Of a stretch of DNA of 64,000 bases, positions 63,820 through 64,000 are shown in pieces; within the stretch, counting starts at the first letter, position 1; each line of letters starts with the position of its first letter. The stretch is taken from positions 224,001 through 288,000 of the forward strand of contig JAWXAQ010000027.1 of assembly GCA_034439575.1 (NCBI GenBank). The letters are read 5' to 3'. Both the position numbers and the translations under genes were made by a program. The notes below the pieces were generated by a model. It ran no database searches. It was not told the origin of the DNA and saw only the letters and a program-made list of their open reading frames with translations. This stretch comes from Leptospira sp. GTDB taxonomy: Bacteria > Spirochaetota > Leptospiria > Leptospirales > Leptospiraceae.

Positions 63820-64000
63820 TTAGTATCTATCCGTTAGGAGTTTTACTACTGATTCGGGTCTTACATTTGCCTGAGCAAGCATAGCCACACCTGACTTAGT
63901 CAAAATTTGATTTTTTGAAAACTCTACCATCTCAGTCGCCATATCAGCATCTCTAACTTGTGATTCGGATGAAACCAAATTCACATAATTATTGCTAAGT
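63820..64000 (-). CDS. flaB: Flagellin C-terminus (partial; missed by the ORF track)
   Basis: Translates [59 protein letters not shown]. Confidence 0.92.
   Translation of the reverse strand, partial: LSNNYVNLVSSESQVRDADMATEMVEFSKNQILTKSGVAMLAQANVRPESVVKLLTDRY

Overview
Chromosomal window from a Leptospira species, probably a saprophytic lineage. The call rests on two FlaB-type flagellins, spirochaetal lipoboxes, a Flavo-1-like repeat and typical leptospiral gene order. Core genes include fbp, rpsU-yqeY-dnaG-rpoD, glpD, tyrS, def, tRNA-Ala(GGC), ispH, flaB, pepN, a long-chain acyl-CoA ligase and ebfC. Two signalling blocks converge at about 25.1 kb. On the + strand, a small 21-residue-repeat protein, a GAF-PP2C-RsbW-like fusion and a STAS protein precede a two-subunit acyl-CoA carboxylase. 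On the - strand runs ispH-HK-REC/pseudokinase-cheY-STAS-cheA-MCP-cheW-cheD-cheB, with no cheR and a membrane-bound MCP carrying one Aer2-type PAS and two duplicated PAS domains. Downstream of flaB is an AT-rich accessory island (about 38.8-43.6 kb). It holds two diverged copies of an apparently unannotated two-gene lipoprotein module (small Cys-rich lipoprotein plus a 200-240 aa lipoprotein; one small gene looks frameshifted), a Flavo-1-like element and further secreted proteins. This module is my best candidate for an undescribed system. No CRISPR array, rRNA, transposase or integrase was seen. All family assignments come from motif recognition by eye, not database searches.
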